From Octopus sinensis (Eukaryota), in assembly GCF_006345805.1 (NCBI RefSeq), contig NW_021834365.1:1-49159 (forward strand): a stretch of 49,159 nucleotides of DNA, in the 5' to 3' direction. Numbering within the stretch: position 1 is the stretch's first letter; each line of letters starts with the position of its first letter. The notes below the pieces were generated by a model that had not been told where the DNA came from, did not search any database, and saw only the letters and a program-made list of their open reading frames with translations. Below, one piece after another: positions 10,856-23,514 of this stretch. The translations under genes and the position numbers were made by a program.

Positions 10856-11291
10856 GTTGTGTGTAACAGACTTATGTTTATCTGGCCCCTTAGCCTATGG
10901 CCCTTAGTCTTCTATCCTTAATACAGCTGCGTGGGACCTTAGACACACGGGGCAGTGTTTTGATACTGTTAAAAATAAAAAGCCACATCTAATACACTGG
11001 CAAATATGGTATTCTAAAGGCGGCGAGCTGGCAGAAACATTAGCACACCGGGCGAAATGCTTAGCGGTATTTCGTCTACCGTTATGTTCTGAGTTCAAAT
11101 TTCGCCGAGGTCGACTTTGCCTTTCATCCTTTCGGGGTCGATTAAATAAGTACCAGTTACGCACTGGGGTCGGTGTAATCGACTTAATCTATTTGTCTGT
11201 CCTTGTTCGTTCCTTCTGTGTTTAGCCCCTTGTGGGTAGTAAAGAAATAGGTATTCTAAAGAGGGAATTATTCTTGTCAATTCTTCTGCAG

Positions 11292-11385
11292 TATCCTGAT
11301 AACCAATTGGCACAACAGTCAGCCATGTTGATTCATAAAATCTCCAAGAAGTGTCCAAAATGTGAAATCAATGTTGAGAAAAGTG
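11292..11385 (+). CDS. PRKN: Parkin-like exon (REP / RING2 start): YPDNQLAQQSAMLIHKISKKCPKCEINVEKS
   Basis: ctgcag acceptor and g|gtaagc donor; aligns with [20 protein letters not shown]. Confidence 0.92.
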
Positions 11386-11654
11386 GTAAGCTATTCTTTG
11401 AGAATTATTTTATTTTTTTTGATATGGGTTTGTTTTGCTTTTAAAGTCCCTCACCCCATAGGCTTTTTAATCTTTGTCTTTCATAGTGATTGAAGAATTC
11501 TTTAACATTTTAGTTTTCTGTATTTTCGATTTTACATGCAACAGGGTCTCTGCCTTTAGCCTGTATTTCCTCCTCTGTGGTTTTGGGTGAGTTAAGGGCT
11601 GGTCTGTCTGATCACTGCTGTGTTTTGTTTACTGTGGATTTTACATGGAATAGG

Positions 11655-11800
11655 AGGGTCTTCTTCTTGTCTTGAGACAGCATTCACCCAGGGTGGGTCA
11701 AGCTGGCTTCATTCATCCTCAATGCTGCATCTCTCACAAACGCCGACCAGGCCTGGCGATTTGAGGCTAACAACCGCATGATCTCCAACCACTCCTTATT
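11655..11800 (-). mobile_element. RTE-like LINE 3' end remnant
   Basis: EWLEIMRLLASNRQAWSAFVRDAALRMNEASLTHPG* on the minus strand. Confidence 0.5.
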
Positions 11801-11802
11801 CC

Positions 11803-12197
11803 AGCTGATAATAATCTTTTCTACTGGAGGCGCAAACCCTCAAATTACATCAACCCCAGTGCGTAACTGGTACTTAATTTTTAAGCTGATAATATTCCTT
11901 TCTACCGGAGGCACAAATCCTCAAATTGCATCGACCCCAGTGCGTAACTGGTACTTAATTTTTAAGCTGATAATATTCCTTTCTACCGGAGGCACAAATC
12001 CTCAAATTACATCGACCCCAGTGCGTAACTGGTACTTAATTTTTAAGCTGATAATAATCCTTTCTACCGGAGGCACAAATCCTCAAATTACATCAACCCC
12101 AGTGCGTAACTGGTACTTAATTTTTAAGCTGATAATCCTTTATACTGAAGGCGCAAATCCTCAAATTACATTGACCCCAGTGCATAACTGGTACTTT
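11803..12197. repeat. 81-bp minisatellite, 5 copies
   Basis: ccccagtgc at 11854, 11935, 12016, 12097 and 12175 (period 81, 81, 81, 78). Confidence 0.9.
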
Positions 12198-12262
12198 AAA
12201 TTCATCTGATAAATTTTATGCTTTCTGTAATGTTTTTTTTTTTTACTCTTTTGTTTTAATAG

Positions 12263-12363
12263 GTGGTTGTAACCATATGATTTGTAAATGTGAAGCAGAA
12301 TGGTGCTGGGTCTGTGGAAAAACATGGTCAACTGAGTGCTTGGGAGAACATTGGTTTGACTAA
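12263..12363 (+). CDS. PRKN: Parkin-like terminal coding exon (RING2/Rcat): [33 protein letters not shown]
   Basis: taatag acceptor; catalytic Cys/His/Glu and the HWFD end are conserved; TAA at 12361-12363. Confidence 0.95.
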
Positions 12364-12659
12364 ATATCTTCGGAATCGATCCTCTTCTCTTGCCATTTTA
12401 TTGATTTTATAGATCAGAATCAATGATACCAATTTACTCCCAAAAAACCATTCCAGAATTTTAATGAAGACACTTCACAGAGTATAATTACGCTCTGATT
12501 CTAGCGAAACGGTTGAGAAGCAAATATAATAAAGAAATCTAAAGACAGAGTACCAGGGGAGTACCATCTGGTACTCTGTCTTGATTCTTTCTTATATGTT
12601 ATCTCCCTCTCTCTCTCCTTCTCTCTTGCTCACTCTCTCTGCATCTAATGTAAATATAA

Positions 12660-12665
12660 AATAAA
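12660..12665 (+). promoter_or_regulatory. Candidate polyadenylation signal of the Parkin-like gene
   Basis: AATAAA about 300 nt after the stop, followed by a T-rich tract; another AATAAA lies near 12527. Confidence 0.4.
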
Positions 12666-13435
12666 CTTGTATTCTTTTTTTTTAATTAATTCTTTGATTA
12701 AAGATAATTTTTTTTTGTTATTGATCTTCTCTTTGAAGTGTTTATGTATTTACATTCACACCAACGACAAGGCATAACTGGCTGGTTAAGAAATTTTCTT
12801 TGCACCTATGTGGTTCTGAGTTCAAGCCCACACCAAGTCACCCTGTGCATGTGCCTTCTACTATAGTACTAGGGGCCAACTCATTCCTTGTCAGTGGATT
12901 TCTTAGACAGAAACTGAAAGGTACCCAAGATAAGAAGGGAGATTTGTTAAAATAATAAGAAATAATTATCAGATAGTTTTAAATATAATAATATAAATTA
13001 TGTACATGCTTTAAGTTATGAAACAATTTGTGGTAATTAATTTTTGTTGTTCTTAAATAAAATTTCATCAAACTTTCTCCGTCATTTACAACTTTATGTA
13101 TGTATGTATGTATGTATGTATATGTGTGTGTGTGTGTGTGTGTGCATGTGTGTGTATGTATGCATGCATGTATGTATTGTTGACATCATAATAATTTAGA
13201 GACTTGAAGAAAATGTGAATTTATTTATTTTTGGAACGGTGAATCTTGAAGCAGATAGAGCTATAAATAAAGGTATATAATCCAATACTTACATGCTATT
13301 GTTTGTAGTGTTATCTACTTTAAGTTTCACCTCTTCAAAAAAGAAATATATATATATATAATATAATATATTTATACTATAAAATTGGATTTAATCCTAA
13401 ATCTAATTTTTCCCTGTAAGTTTGGATTTATTCCC

Positions 13436-13466
<31 letters not shown>

Positions 13467-13475
13467 AGATATATA

Positions 13476-13513
<38 letters not shown>

Positions 13514-13539
13514 TATATATATATTCGTCCGTTTTTTCT

Positions 13540-13760
13540 GTCCCTGTTTCATATACATTCGATCCTTCTTCCAAGAAATCTAATGCTCGTAGCTTAGTTT
13601 TTCCTTGGGGCTGGCCGGATCGGAGCGATCTCAAGATTAATCAGCCGAAATTGCTAGATGATCCGGTTCTTGACTGAAGATTGAAGGCTTCGAATGTCCC
13701 GTCCGTGGTTTTTGTATCGTCTTCTAAATGTTTTACGTTCTTGTCCCAGTTTGTATTTTT
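13540..13760 (+). mobile_element. Dispersed repeat, probably a Penelope-like pLTR fragment
   Basis: Related to 42040-42200 (-) and more weakly to 47130-47220 (-); shares cgaaa..gataatctgg..gactgaNga..cgaatg.cccgtcc. Confidence 0.45.
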
Positions 13761-14389
13761 CTACATATAATATATATATATATATATATGTGCGTGTGTG
13801 TTTGTGTGTCTGTGTTTGTCCCCCTAGTATTGCTTGACAACCGATGTTGGTGTGTTTATGTCCCCGTCAATTAGCGTTCGGCAAAAGAGACCGACAGAAT
13901 AAGTACTGGGGTTACAAAGAATAAGTCCCAGGTCGAGTTGCTCGATTAAAGGTGGTGCTCCAGCATGGCCGCAGTCAAATGACTGAAACAAGTAAAAGAG
14001 TAAAAGAGATATATATGTGGCACATAAAAAGCACCCACTGCACTCACGGAGTGGTTGGCGTTAGGAAGGGCATCCAGCGTAGAAACACTGCCAGATCAGA
14101 CTGGGTCTGGCGCAGCCTTCTGGCTTCACAGACCCCAGTTGAACCGTCCAACCCATGCTAGCATGGAAAACGGACGTTAAACGATGATGATGATGATGAT
14201 ATATATAAATAGATGAGTGTATTTTTGCCTTGTTAACAATTAACACGGAAAAAATAAATGTATGTATGTATGTATCAGCAGTGCTCCAGCATGGCTGCAG
14301 TTCAATGACTGATACAAGCAAAAGAAGATATTTTGACCAGTTTGACCTCTTGTTATCAATCCAGTTGCTTACCTAGGATATTTGTAGTA

Positions 14390-14635
14390 AAAATTAATGT
14401 TGGTGACTACAAAGTCAGAAAACAACACAGCTCCCATGACTTTCGGAAACATTTCTTCACGCTCAGAGTTGCTGAAGCATGGAATATACTGCCTGCGTCA
14501 GTTGTTGACTGCCATAACACTGCATCCTTTAAGGCCCTCATGCTTTCTGAAATCCGTCGAAACTATACCTGATTATATATGCACTTTAGATGAGTTGTAG
14601 TACACCTGAGCACTGTACACAATGTTTATTATTAT
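14390..14635 (+). mobile_element. CR1-like LINE 3' end
   Basis: KVRKQHSSHDFRKHFFTLRVAEAWNILPASVV...* followed by a short UTR and (TTA)n. Confidence 0.75.
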
Positions 14636-15339
14636 TATTTATATTTGCCATTGCAGTGTGATAAAATATTAAAGATTTAGTATAAATAAGCAAAGTCTAC
14701 GCCATAAGGGGAATCAGTGTAAATCTTCTCTTAATGAAGATAACCACTCTCGCAGCCAGCTAAGATATGGCGTTCTCTTAATTAAAATATCTGTAAATAA
14801 TGATTTCAAATTTGGACACAAGACCAGCAAGTTTGGCGGAGGGGGGCTTGTTGATTAGATCTGCCCCAGTACGTAACTGGTACTTAGTTTATCAACTCTG
14901 AAAGGACGAAGGCAAAGTCAGTCTCTTTTCTACTCAAGGCATAAGGCTTGACATTTTTGGGGAGAGGGCCAGTCAATTAGATCTACCCCAGTACGTAACT
15001 GGTACTTGTGAAGGATGTGTAGTCACCATGAGAGATCCCCCAAAGATAATGAAACCTAGTATTTGAAGTGATCGTGAGGATTCCCGTTGCATACTGCCCC
15101 TGGGACTACTCGTGGGTCTCTCGTACTTCCTGCATTAAAATGTCTGAAAACCCATTAAAATTCCACGTCATTTTACCTCTCAAACAGCAGCTTAATGACA
15201 ACAAAGTGATTTTACTATTCTCCATTATTTTCGAAATTAATATAAACAACGGCAGAGTATTTCGACAGAAATGTGGGAACTATAGGATTATGGGGTGGAA
15301 TGAGATGAAGTATTCTTGATATGAGCGGTGCTTGAATAT

Positions 15340-15620
15340 TTTATTCGCTGTCGAAGGAGACAAGATTGGGATGATCACCCATTGAGGATGTTTTCGATGT
15401 CTCTGTTCAAAGGGTCACTGCGGATTTGGGGTGACGTGTCTAAGCTGGATGCAGGTGACCCTTGGGTGGAGAAGAGAAGAATGAAAGATTATATGCATTA
15501 TCGGTGTAAGAGCGGGCATTGTTAAAGGTTACTGTAGGTCGGTCATTGATGCCTGAAAGAAAGGGGTATAAGGGACAGAACCAAGCCGAAGGGCATAGCA
15601 AATTTGATAGGGCGTGAACT
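15340..15620 (-). mobile_element. Highly decayed non-LTR reverse-transcriptase fragment
   Basis: GSV..P..F...ND.....SYTDN...W..NLVSF-like motifs spread across frameshifts. Confidence 0.45.
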
Positions 15621-15805
15621 GAAACTGGGTTTCAAGATTTGTTTAATCAGAAGAAATTTCACTGAGGTTGGCTTTGCCTTTCATTCTTTCAGGGTCAATA
15701 AAATAAGTACCAGTGAAATACTGGGGTCGATGTAATCGACTTAGCCCCATCCCCGTAAATTACAGGCCTTGTGCCTATAGTAGAAAAAATTATTATTATT
15801 ATTAT

Positions 15806-16410
15806 TATTGAGTGAGAGAGCAGTTCATGCCATCAAAGTGACACTGGGGTAAAATATACGAAGCCCAATATACTCATCATGACTACCCGTCTGATAAAGG
15901 TACACCAGGCACATGCATCACAACCATATGTGCGCGACATGGTGATCTCATATCAAGATAAACAGCACATGACCTTGCAGGTGGGGCCCAGTTAGAATTT
16001 TCTTCAGGTTGAGTAGCCCATCCCGCTCAAACGGTCCCTGAATAAGGGTTGTTTAAGGATGTTGAAAGAACCACCCATGTTTCCAGAGGTGAACTATTCA
16101 AACCCCAGAGAATCCCTCTCAACACATGGCTATGATGCTCCCCCACTACTTCTGCTCGTGATCAGAGATGCACATATCGTCAGCCACTAAGGGACATGCT
16201 CAACTGGTTAAGGTCAAACAACTGACAAGCAAATCTGTGGTATTGAGCAGAATATTTGCTGTAGCCCATCTTTTATACCAAGACAAAACAATGTACATGA
16301 TAACACTTCCAATCAGTTAAGATCAGAAGCCATGAGAGCCACTGCCTGGTACTGCATCAGGGCATTTACTGCATCAGGGCATTTATACTGCATCAGGGCA
16401 TTTACTGCTA
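15806..16410 (-). mobile_element. Retroposon-like repeat of about 600 bp with (AAT)n tail and triplicated 17-mer head
   Basis: tactgcatcagggcatt occurs three times at 16350-16404; (TAT)n lies at the opposite end. Confidence 0.5.
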
Positions 16411-16736
16411 TTATTATTATTATTATTATTATTATCATCATTATTATTATTAAGACGGCGAGCTAGCTGAATCGTTAGCACGCTGGAAAAAATGCTTAGC
16501 GTCATTTTGTCCGTCTTTAGGTTCTGAACTAAAATTTTTGCCAAGGTAGACTTTGCCTGTCATTGTTTCGGGGGTCAATAAAACAAGTGTCTTCTATTAT
16601 AGCTCTGGTCGAATGTGAGTGGGTATAGTAGACGGAAACTGAAAGAAGCCCGTCAACCTTGACTCAGCTTCTGCTAAATATTAATAAACACATACACTCA
16701 TATTTGAGTTCTATTTTTCTTGTTTGCGCCACCATA

Positions 16737-18822
<2,086 letters not shown>

Positions 18823-18852
18823 GTAATATGAAGCTGTTGTAGGTAGTGGCTT

Positions 18853-19189
18853 TTATGTAGCCAAGTTATTGACTATTGTAAAAGCGAACGGGGCGCCATC
18901 TTGTGGTGAACGGGATTTACTTGGTGTATCCGGAGGAGTTTGTTCACTTGTCTGGTTGCCACAGGACGAAACCGATTGGTCTGACTGACTGGCATCTGAT
19001 GTCGATCGCAGTATATGCGCATGTTGTCCGTCTTTGTATGGGAATGCAGGATAGCCGGATGGCATAAAGCTTGTAAAGTTGTTGTAACCTTTACTGAAAG
19101 ACTTTGGCGTTAACGATTGTGGTAGGATATTATTCCAAAACCTTGTGGGTACTTTATGCGTATCTGGATCTGGAGACGTCTGGTTCTTA
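18853..19189 (-). CDS. Terminal exon, cytoplasmic tail ([10 protein letters not shown]...[13 protein letters not shown]...NNLAT*)
   Basis: atattgcag acceptor; phase 2 fits the TM exon; open for 111 codons to TAA; GC/CpG-richer than the flanks. Confidence 0.8.
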
Positions 19190-19240
19190 CTGCAATATAA
19201 CAAACAACGAAATCGCTCAGTTATTACTCACACACAGAAA

Positions 19241-19638
19241 TCTTTATATATAAAAGTAAGGTTGTGTGTCTGTCTCCTACGATTTAGATTCCTAACTACT
19301 CCCACATTTTGCGGTGCAGTTTAACCAAAACCGGGTATCTTATAGTCGTGATTCATATCGAGCCCTTCTGGGTATTAGCGCGCGTCTACTATGAGTCCAC
19401 GATTTTAAAAATAATTTACCATCATTTTTTTCCATTTTAATGCATTTTTCTCGCTATTAAATAAGGGAAATAACTCTCTAAAAATGTCTACGATGAGTCA
19501 ACGATTTAAAAAAAAATTTACCATAATTTTTTTTCCATTTTTAATGCATTTTTTTGCTATTTTTTGGCTATAACTCTCTAAAAATGCTTTATAGTTATTT
19601 CCCTTACAAACCCGAGCAACGCCGGGCGATACTGCTAG
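19241..19638 (+). mobile_element. Complete non-autonomous Helitron (398 bp)
   Basis: A|TC 5' end; 3' hairpin CCCGAGCAACGCCGGG then CTAG|T; no TSD. Confidence 0.85.
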
Positions 19639-20006
19639 TACATATTAAAACGGTTAATTCGTCTGGATGGAGGTCTTTCGTTTGTTTCAAATTTTGGCAA
19701 AGGTCAGAAGTTTTAGGAGAAAAGAGTTTCTCGACTACATTGGCCCTAGTGTTCAGCTGGGTCTTTATTTTATTCACACTGAAAGGATGAAAGGCAAAGG
19801 ATGGCCTCGACGGAATTTGAACCGGAATAAATACAGTAAAGCATTTTGTCCGACGCGCCAAGAATTTCGCCACACTTAGATCTACATTTTTTTCTGTGTA
19901 CAATTCGCACAAAGCCAGAAATGTTGCGGATGGGAGCTGGTTCAATTTATGGATCTCAACTGATGCTTCTGTCTTAAGAAGCGATACGCTGGCTTGATTA
20001 CTTCCA

Positions 20007-20069
20007 GGTGAAAGTACTTTGCATCTGGTGAAAGTACTTTGCATCTGGTGAAAAGTACTTTGCATCTGG
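20007..20069. repeat. 20-bp tandem repeat, 3 copies
   Basis: Unit ggtgaaagtactttgcatct. Confidence 0.85.
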
Positions 20070-20199
20070 ATATCGCCTCACCAGTTCAGAGACTTTTTGA
20101 TTGGCATGACTGAATCCTATGCTAGTCAAATCGATGTATTTGCCAAGCTTAGTTCCTCCTGCACCCGTATGAGCATCGGGTGGTGAGAAATCTCCCAAC

Positions 20200-20400
20200 A
20201 GCACAATTGCAAGTCTTGTCACAGAACCTGATCTCAGATCAGGCCCATTTCTGCCAGCTCCGATTCCATGGTCTTCAACCAAGTTTCTTCGTCTTCAACG
20301 TTTCCCACCCCTCCCCCACCTGCGGCTTCCATTAGAGAGAGGCTCACGCTGGTCTCTTCGTGAGCATGCGTAGCACGTGGCCCAGCACCTTCCGCAGTGT
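20200..20400 (-). mobile_element. RTE-like LINE 3' remnant
   Basis: LGHVLRM..RPA..WKPQ...KTMESELAEMGL across frameshifts. Confidence 0.55.
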
Positions 20401-20810
20401 TACGGCGAGGGTATATTATAGAGGGTATATTTAGAAAAGGCGGCGAGCTGGCAGAAACGTTAGCACGCCGGGCGAAAAGCCTACCGGTATTTTGTCTGCG
20501 TTACGTTGTGAGTTCAAATTCCGCCGAGGTCGACTTTGCCTTTCATCCTTTCGGGGTCGATAAATTAAGTACCAGTTACGCACTGGGGTCGATGTAATCG
20601 ACTTAATACCTATGTCTGTCCTTGTTTGTCCCCTCTGTGTTTAGCCCCTTGTGGGTAATAAAGAAATAGGTATATTATAGATTCCTCGACCCAGCTCTTT
20701 CTACGACTTTTTCAATTGCGATGTGGTTGCGCCCAGAAATTCTTAGTGTGGTCGCTTCTAAGGAATGAATAACCGTATAAATGAAGATATGTATGAATAA
20801 ATAAACTTAC

Positions 20811-20892
20811 GTGCGACAATATATCCAGAGGCAGAGAACACTTAACAACATTCCAATAACTCCACAAGTGATAGCAATTATAGCTCCCAACA
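20811..20892 (-). CDS. Transmembrane exon (LGAIIAITCGVIGMLLSVLCLWIYCR)
   Basis: 82 nt, phase 1 to 2; catttcag acceptor and gtaagt donor; hydrophobic helix followed by a basic stop-transfer residue. Confidence 0.85.
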
Positions 20893-21163
20893 CTGAAATG
20901 AAATGAAACGTATTAAGGTTTCCGTTTTAGTATGGCCGTCGGTGCGTGAATTATCTTAGGGCCCTGAGTTTCATCTGGGGGTACACAAGATCTTCAAAGC
21001 AAGTTATGACTCATAATTTACGAATCATAACTTACCTGAAGATTCTTGTGTACTTCCAGGTGAAACGCAGAGTAGCAAGAGACCGACTCGACCAAAATAA
21101 CACACACACACACATACACACACACACATACACATACACACACACACATACAACACACACACA

Positions 21164-21201
<38 letters not shown>

Positions 21202-21277
21202 AGCAAATGAGAGGTCTATAACGCGGTATGAATAAATTCTCTGTAAACGAAGCAAAATATTAATCGATGAAACTTAC

Positions 21278-21406
21278 TTAAGGCTGGCTGTTCGCTTTCT
21301 GCCCGAATTGGTCCCACGTTAGGGCTCTCTGTGGTGCTGGTGCTATTGTAGTTTTTGCCAGTTGTTGTTTTCGTATCCGATTTTCCGGTGTCGACTGATG
21401 TGTTTT
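21278..21406 (-). CDS. S/T-rich stalk exon 3 (KNTSVDTGKSDTKTTTGKNYNSTSTTESPNVGPIRAESEQPAL)
   Basis: 129 nt, phase 1-1; atttag acceptor and gtaagt donor; N-x-S/T sequons. Confidence 0.8.
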   Translation of the reverse strand, partial: KTHQSTPENRIRKQQLAKTTIAPAPQRALTWDQFGQKANSQP

Positions 21407-21454
21407 CTAAATAAACGAAACAACACAAGTTTAGCATCGATTTCATTATATTTA

Positions 21455-21635
21455 TTACTTCCACCTTTGCGAAGGCGGAGATATTGCATTCAGTTGTGTT
21501 TGTCTGTGGACAAAATACCTCAAGAACCGTTGGATGGATTTGGATGAAACCTTCAGGGATGTTTGGCCTCGTCACTGGCACGAACTGATTAGATTTTGGG
21601 ATCGATCCGGTACCGGACAAGGATTCTGAATTATT
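21455..21635 (+). mobile_element. Helentron-associated interspersed element (HINE/DINE-1-like)
   Basis: TTACTTCCACC..GGCGGAG subterminal inverted repeat, gtctgt microsatellite and gatccgg..ccgga hairpin. Confidence 0.6.
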
Positions 21636-21755
21636 ATATATATATATTCCGCTCACAAGGCCCAAGGTTGTAGTAAAAGACACCTGCCTAAAGTGCAACG
21701 CTGTGGGATTGAACCTGAAGCAATAAGACTGTGAAATAAATTTCATTCTACTTAC

Positions 21756-21803
21756 TTGGCAGATATTTTTCCGTCGTAGTCACTCGGAGGGAAGTGTTGG
21801 TGG
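21756..21803 (-). CDS. Thr-rich stalk exon 2 (STNTSLRVTTTEKYLP)
   Basis: 48 nt, phase 1-1; cattgcag acceptor and gtaagt donor; needed to avoid a TAA at the junction with the next exon. Confidence 0.75.
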
Positions 21804-22128
21804 CTGCAATGAAGGTAAATAAAAGAATAAATAAATAAATGGACAGAAACGATGGAACAAAATTTCAATTTTAATTAAAACGAATTTCTTTCGCTAATGA
21901 AAATGACAATAAGTCACGACCGCGACAACAGCAAAAATTACACAAACGAGTCTTTGTATAAACATAAGCAGGTATGGCCGTGGGGTTAAGAAGCTCGCTT
22001 TGCTACTAAGTGATTTTTCGCAAGTTTCTTCTGCTCTAACCCAGGGTCAACCAATCTCTTGGGAATAAATTGGGCTGATCGAAACTGCGTGGAAGCTTGT
22101 TGTATGTATGTATGTATGTATGTATGTG

Positions 22129-22208
<80 letters not shown>

Positions 22209-22723
22209 CGGCATTCGCCATGATAGATCGCTAGCCACTACACATTCTTTATTTTCTCTCCTTGTTTCTTTCTGTGTTCCTTTCTGTCGAAGAGCGTAGG
22301 CTCGAAACGTTAAAGACTTTTTCACTTCCCGAGCGTTAAACTAATACATCTGTTTGTTGTCTACATCACCTGTCTTCGTCCTTTGTTTTTTCGTGAATTC
22401 TCCCCCTATATATATATATATATATATATAATGGACTCCCCTGTCATTAGACGACGTATGAAGGTTTGACAATTTCTTACCGGTCAACCACACAGATGAT
22501 TTGTTTATAGCGATCAAATGTTTGTGGTAGACATAAGCTCACTCCCTCCATCATATCGACATTACCTGTACAGGTGCAACTTGGTGCCACATGTCAGATG
22601 TCGAAATGATCGCAGAGCAACATGAAATGAAGTGCTTTGCTTAAGAACACAACGCAATCACTCGGTCTACAAATTCAACACCAAATAAAAACATCAAATT
22701 ATTTAGAACTTAAAATTACTTAC

Positions 22724-22771
22724 ATATATTCGCTGCTGCAGTTACCCTTGCTGTAGTCGTTACAGTTGTGG
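22724..22771 (-). CDS. Thr-rich stalk exon 1 (TTTVTTTARVTAAANI)
   Basis: 48 nt, phase 1-1; tttaatgcag acceptor and gtaagt donor. Confidence 0.75.
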
Positions 22772-23514
22772 CTGCATTAAAAAACAAAAGTTGACAATTA
22801 TTATATGTATTGATTTAATTGACTCTCTTCGATTACGACGACGACGAGGAAGTTTCCAATTTAATCAAATTGCCGGAACAATTGCTCATGAAATTCTTTT
22901 CTACTTTTTCTATTCTAGGAACAAGGTCTGAAATTTTTTGGGAGGGAGCCGGTCGATTAGATCGACCTCAGTTCTTCACTGGTACTTAATTTATCGACCC
23001 CGAAAGGATAAAAGGCAAAGTGTTCCTCGGCGGAATTTGAACTAAGAACGTAGCGGCAGACGAAATACCTATTTTTTTACTACCCACAAGGAGCTAAACA
23101 CAGAGAGGACAAACAAGGACAGACAAATGGATTAAGTCGATTACATCGACCCCAGTGCGTAACTGGTACTTATTTAATCGACCCCAAAAGGATGAAAGGC
23201 AAAGTCGGCCTCAGCGGAATTTGAACTCAGAACGTAACGGTAGACGAAATACGGCTGCGCATTTTGCCCGGCGTGCTAACGTTTCTGCCTTAAAATATAA
23301 ACAATAATAAGCCATGAAATATTGTTTTATTTTTCAAAATGAAACAAAAATAGGATAAAAAATATTTTTGTATACTTCCACTTGGTTTACATTTGAAAAG
23401 TTTTCTCCGACTTTTTTTTGAAATTGCAAGGATTTTGATGAGATCCTCAAAATAAATATTATGTAAGCATATCTGCTTCTGTACTTAGTAGAAAAAAGGT
23501 ATCCCTGATATTTA

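Noticed and set aside
11778-12209. CRISPR-like array or 143-aa repeat protein
   Set aside because: Whole units are near-identical with no unique spacers, the context is a eukaryotic intron, and the ORF follows from the 81-bp period.
13670-13710. Hammerhead in the 13540-13760 / 42040-42200 family
   Set aside because: CUGANGA is present but followed by GAAU rather than GAAA, and no helix I can be formed.
19998-20282. 94-aa ORF with a GDF motif suggesting an AP endonuclease
   Set aside because: It overlaps an RTE 3' remnant in another frame and a 20-bp tandem repeat; the motif is probably coincidental.
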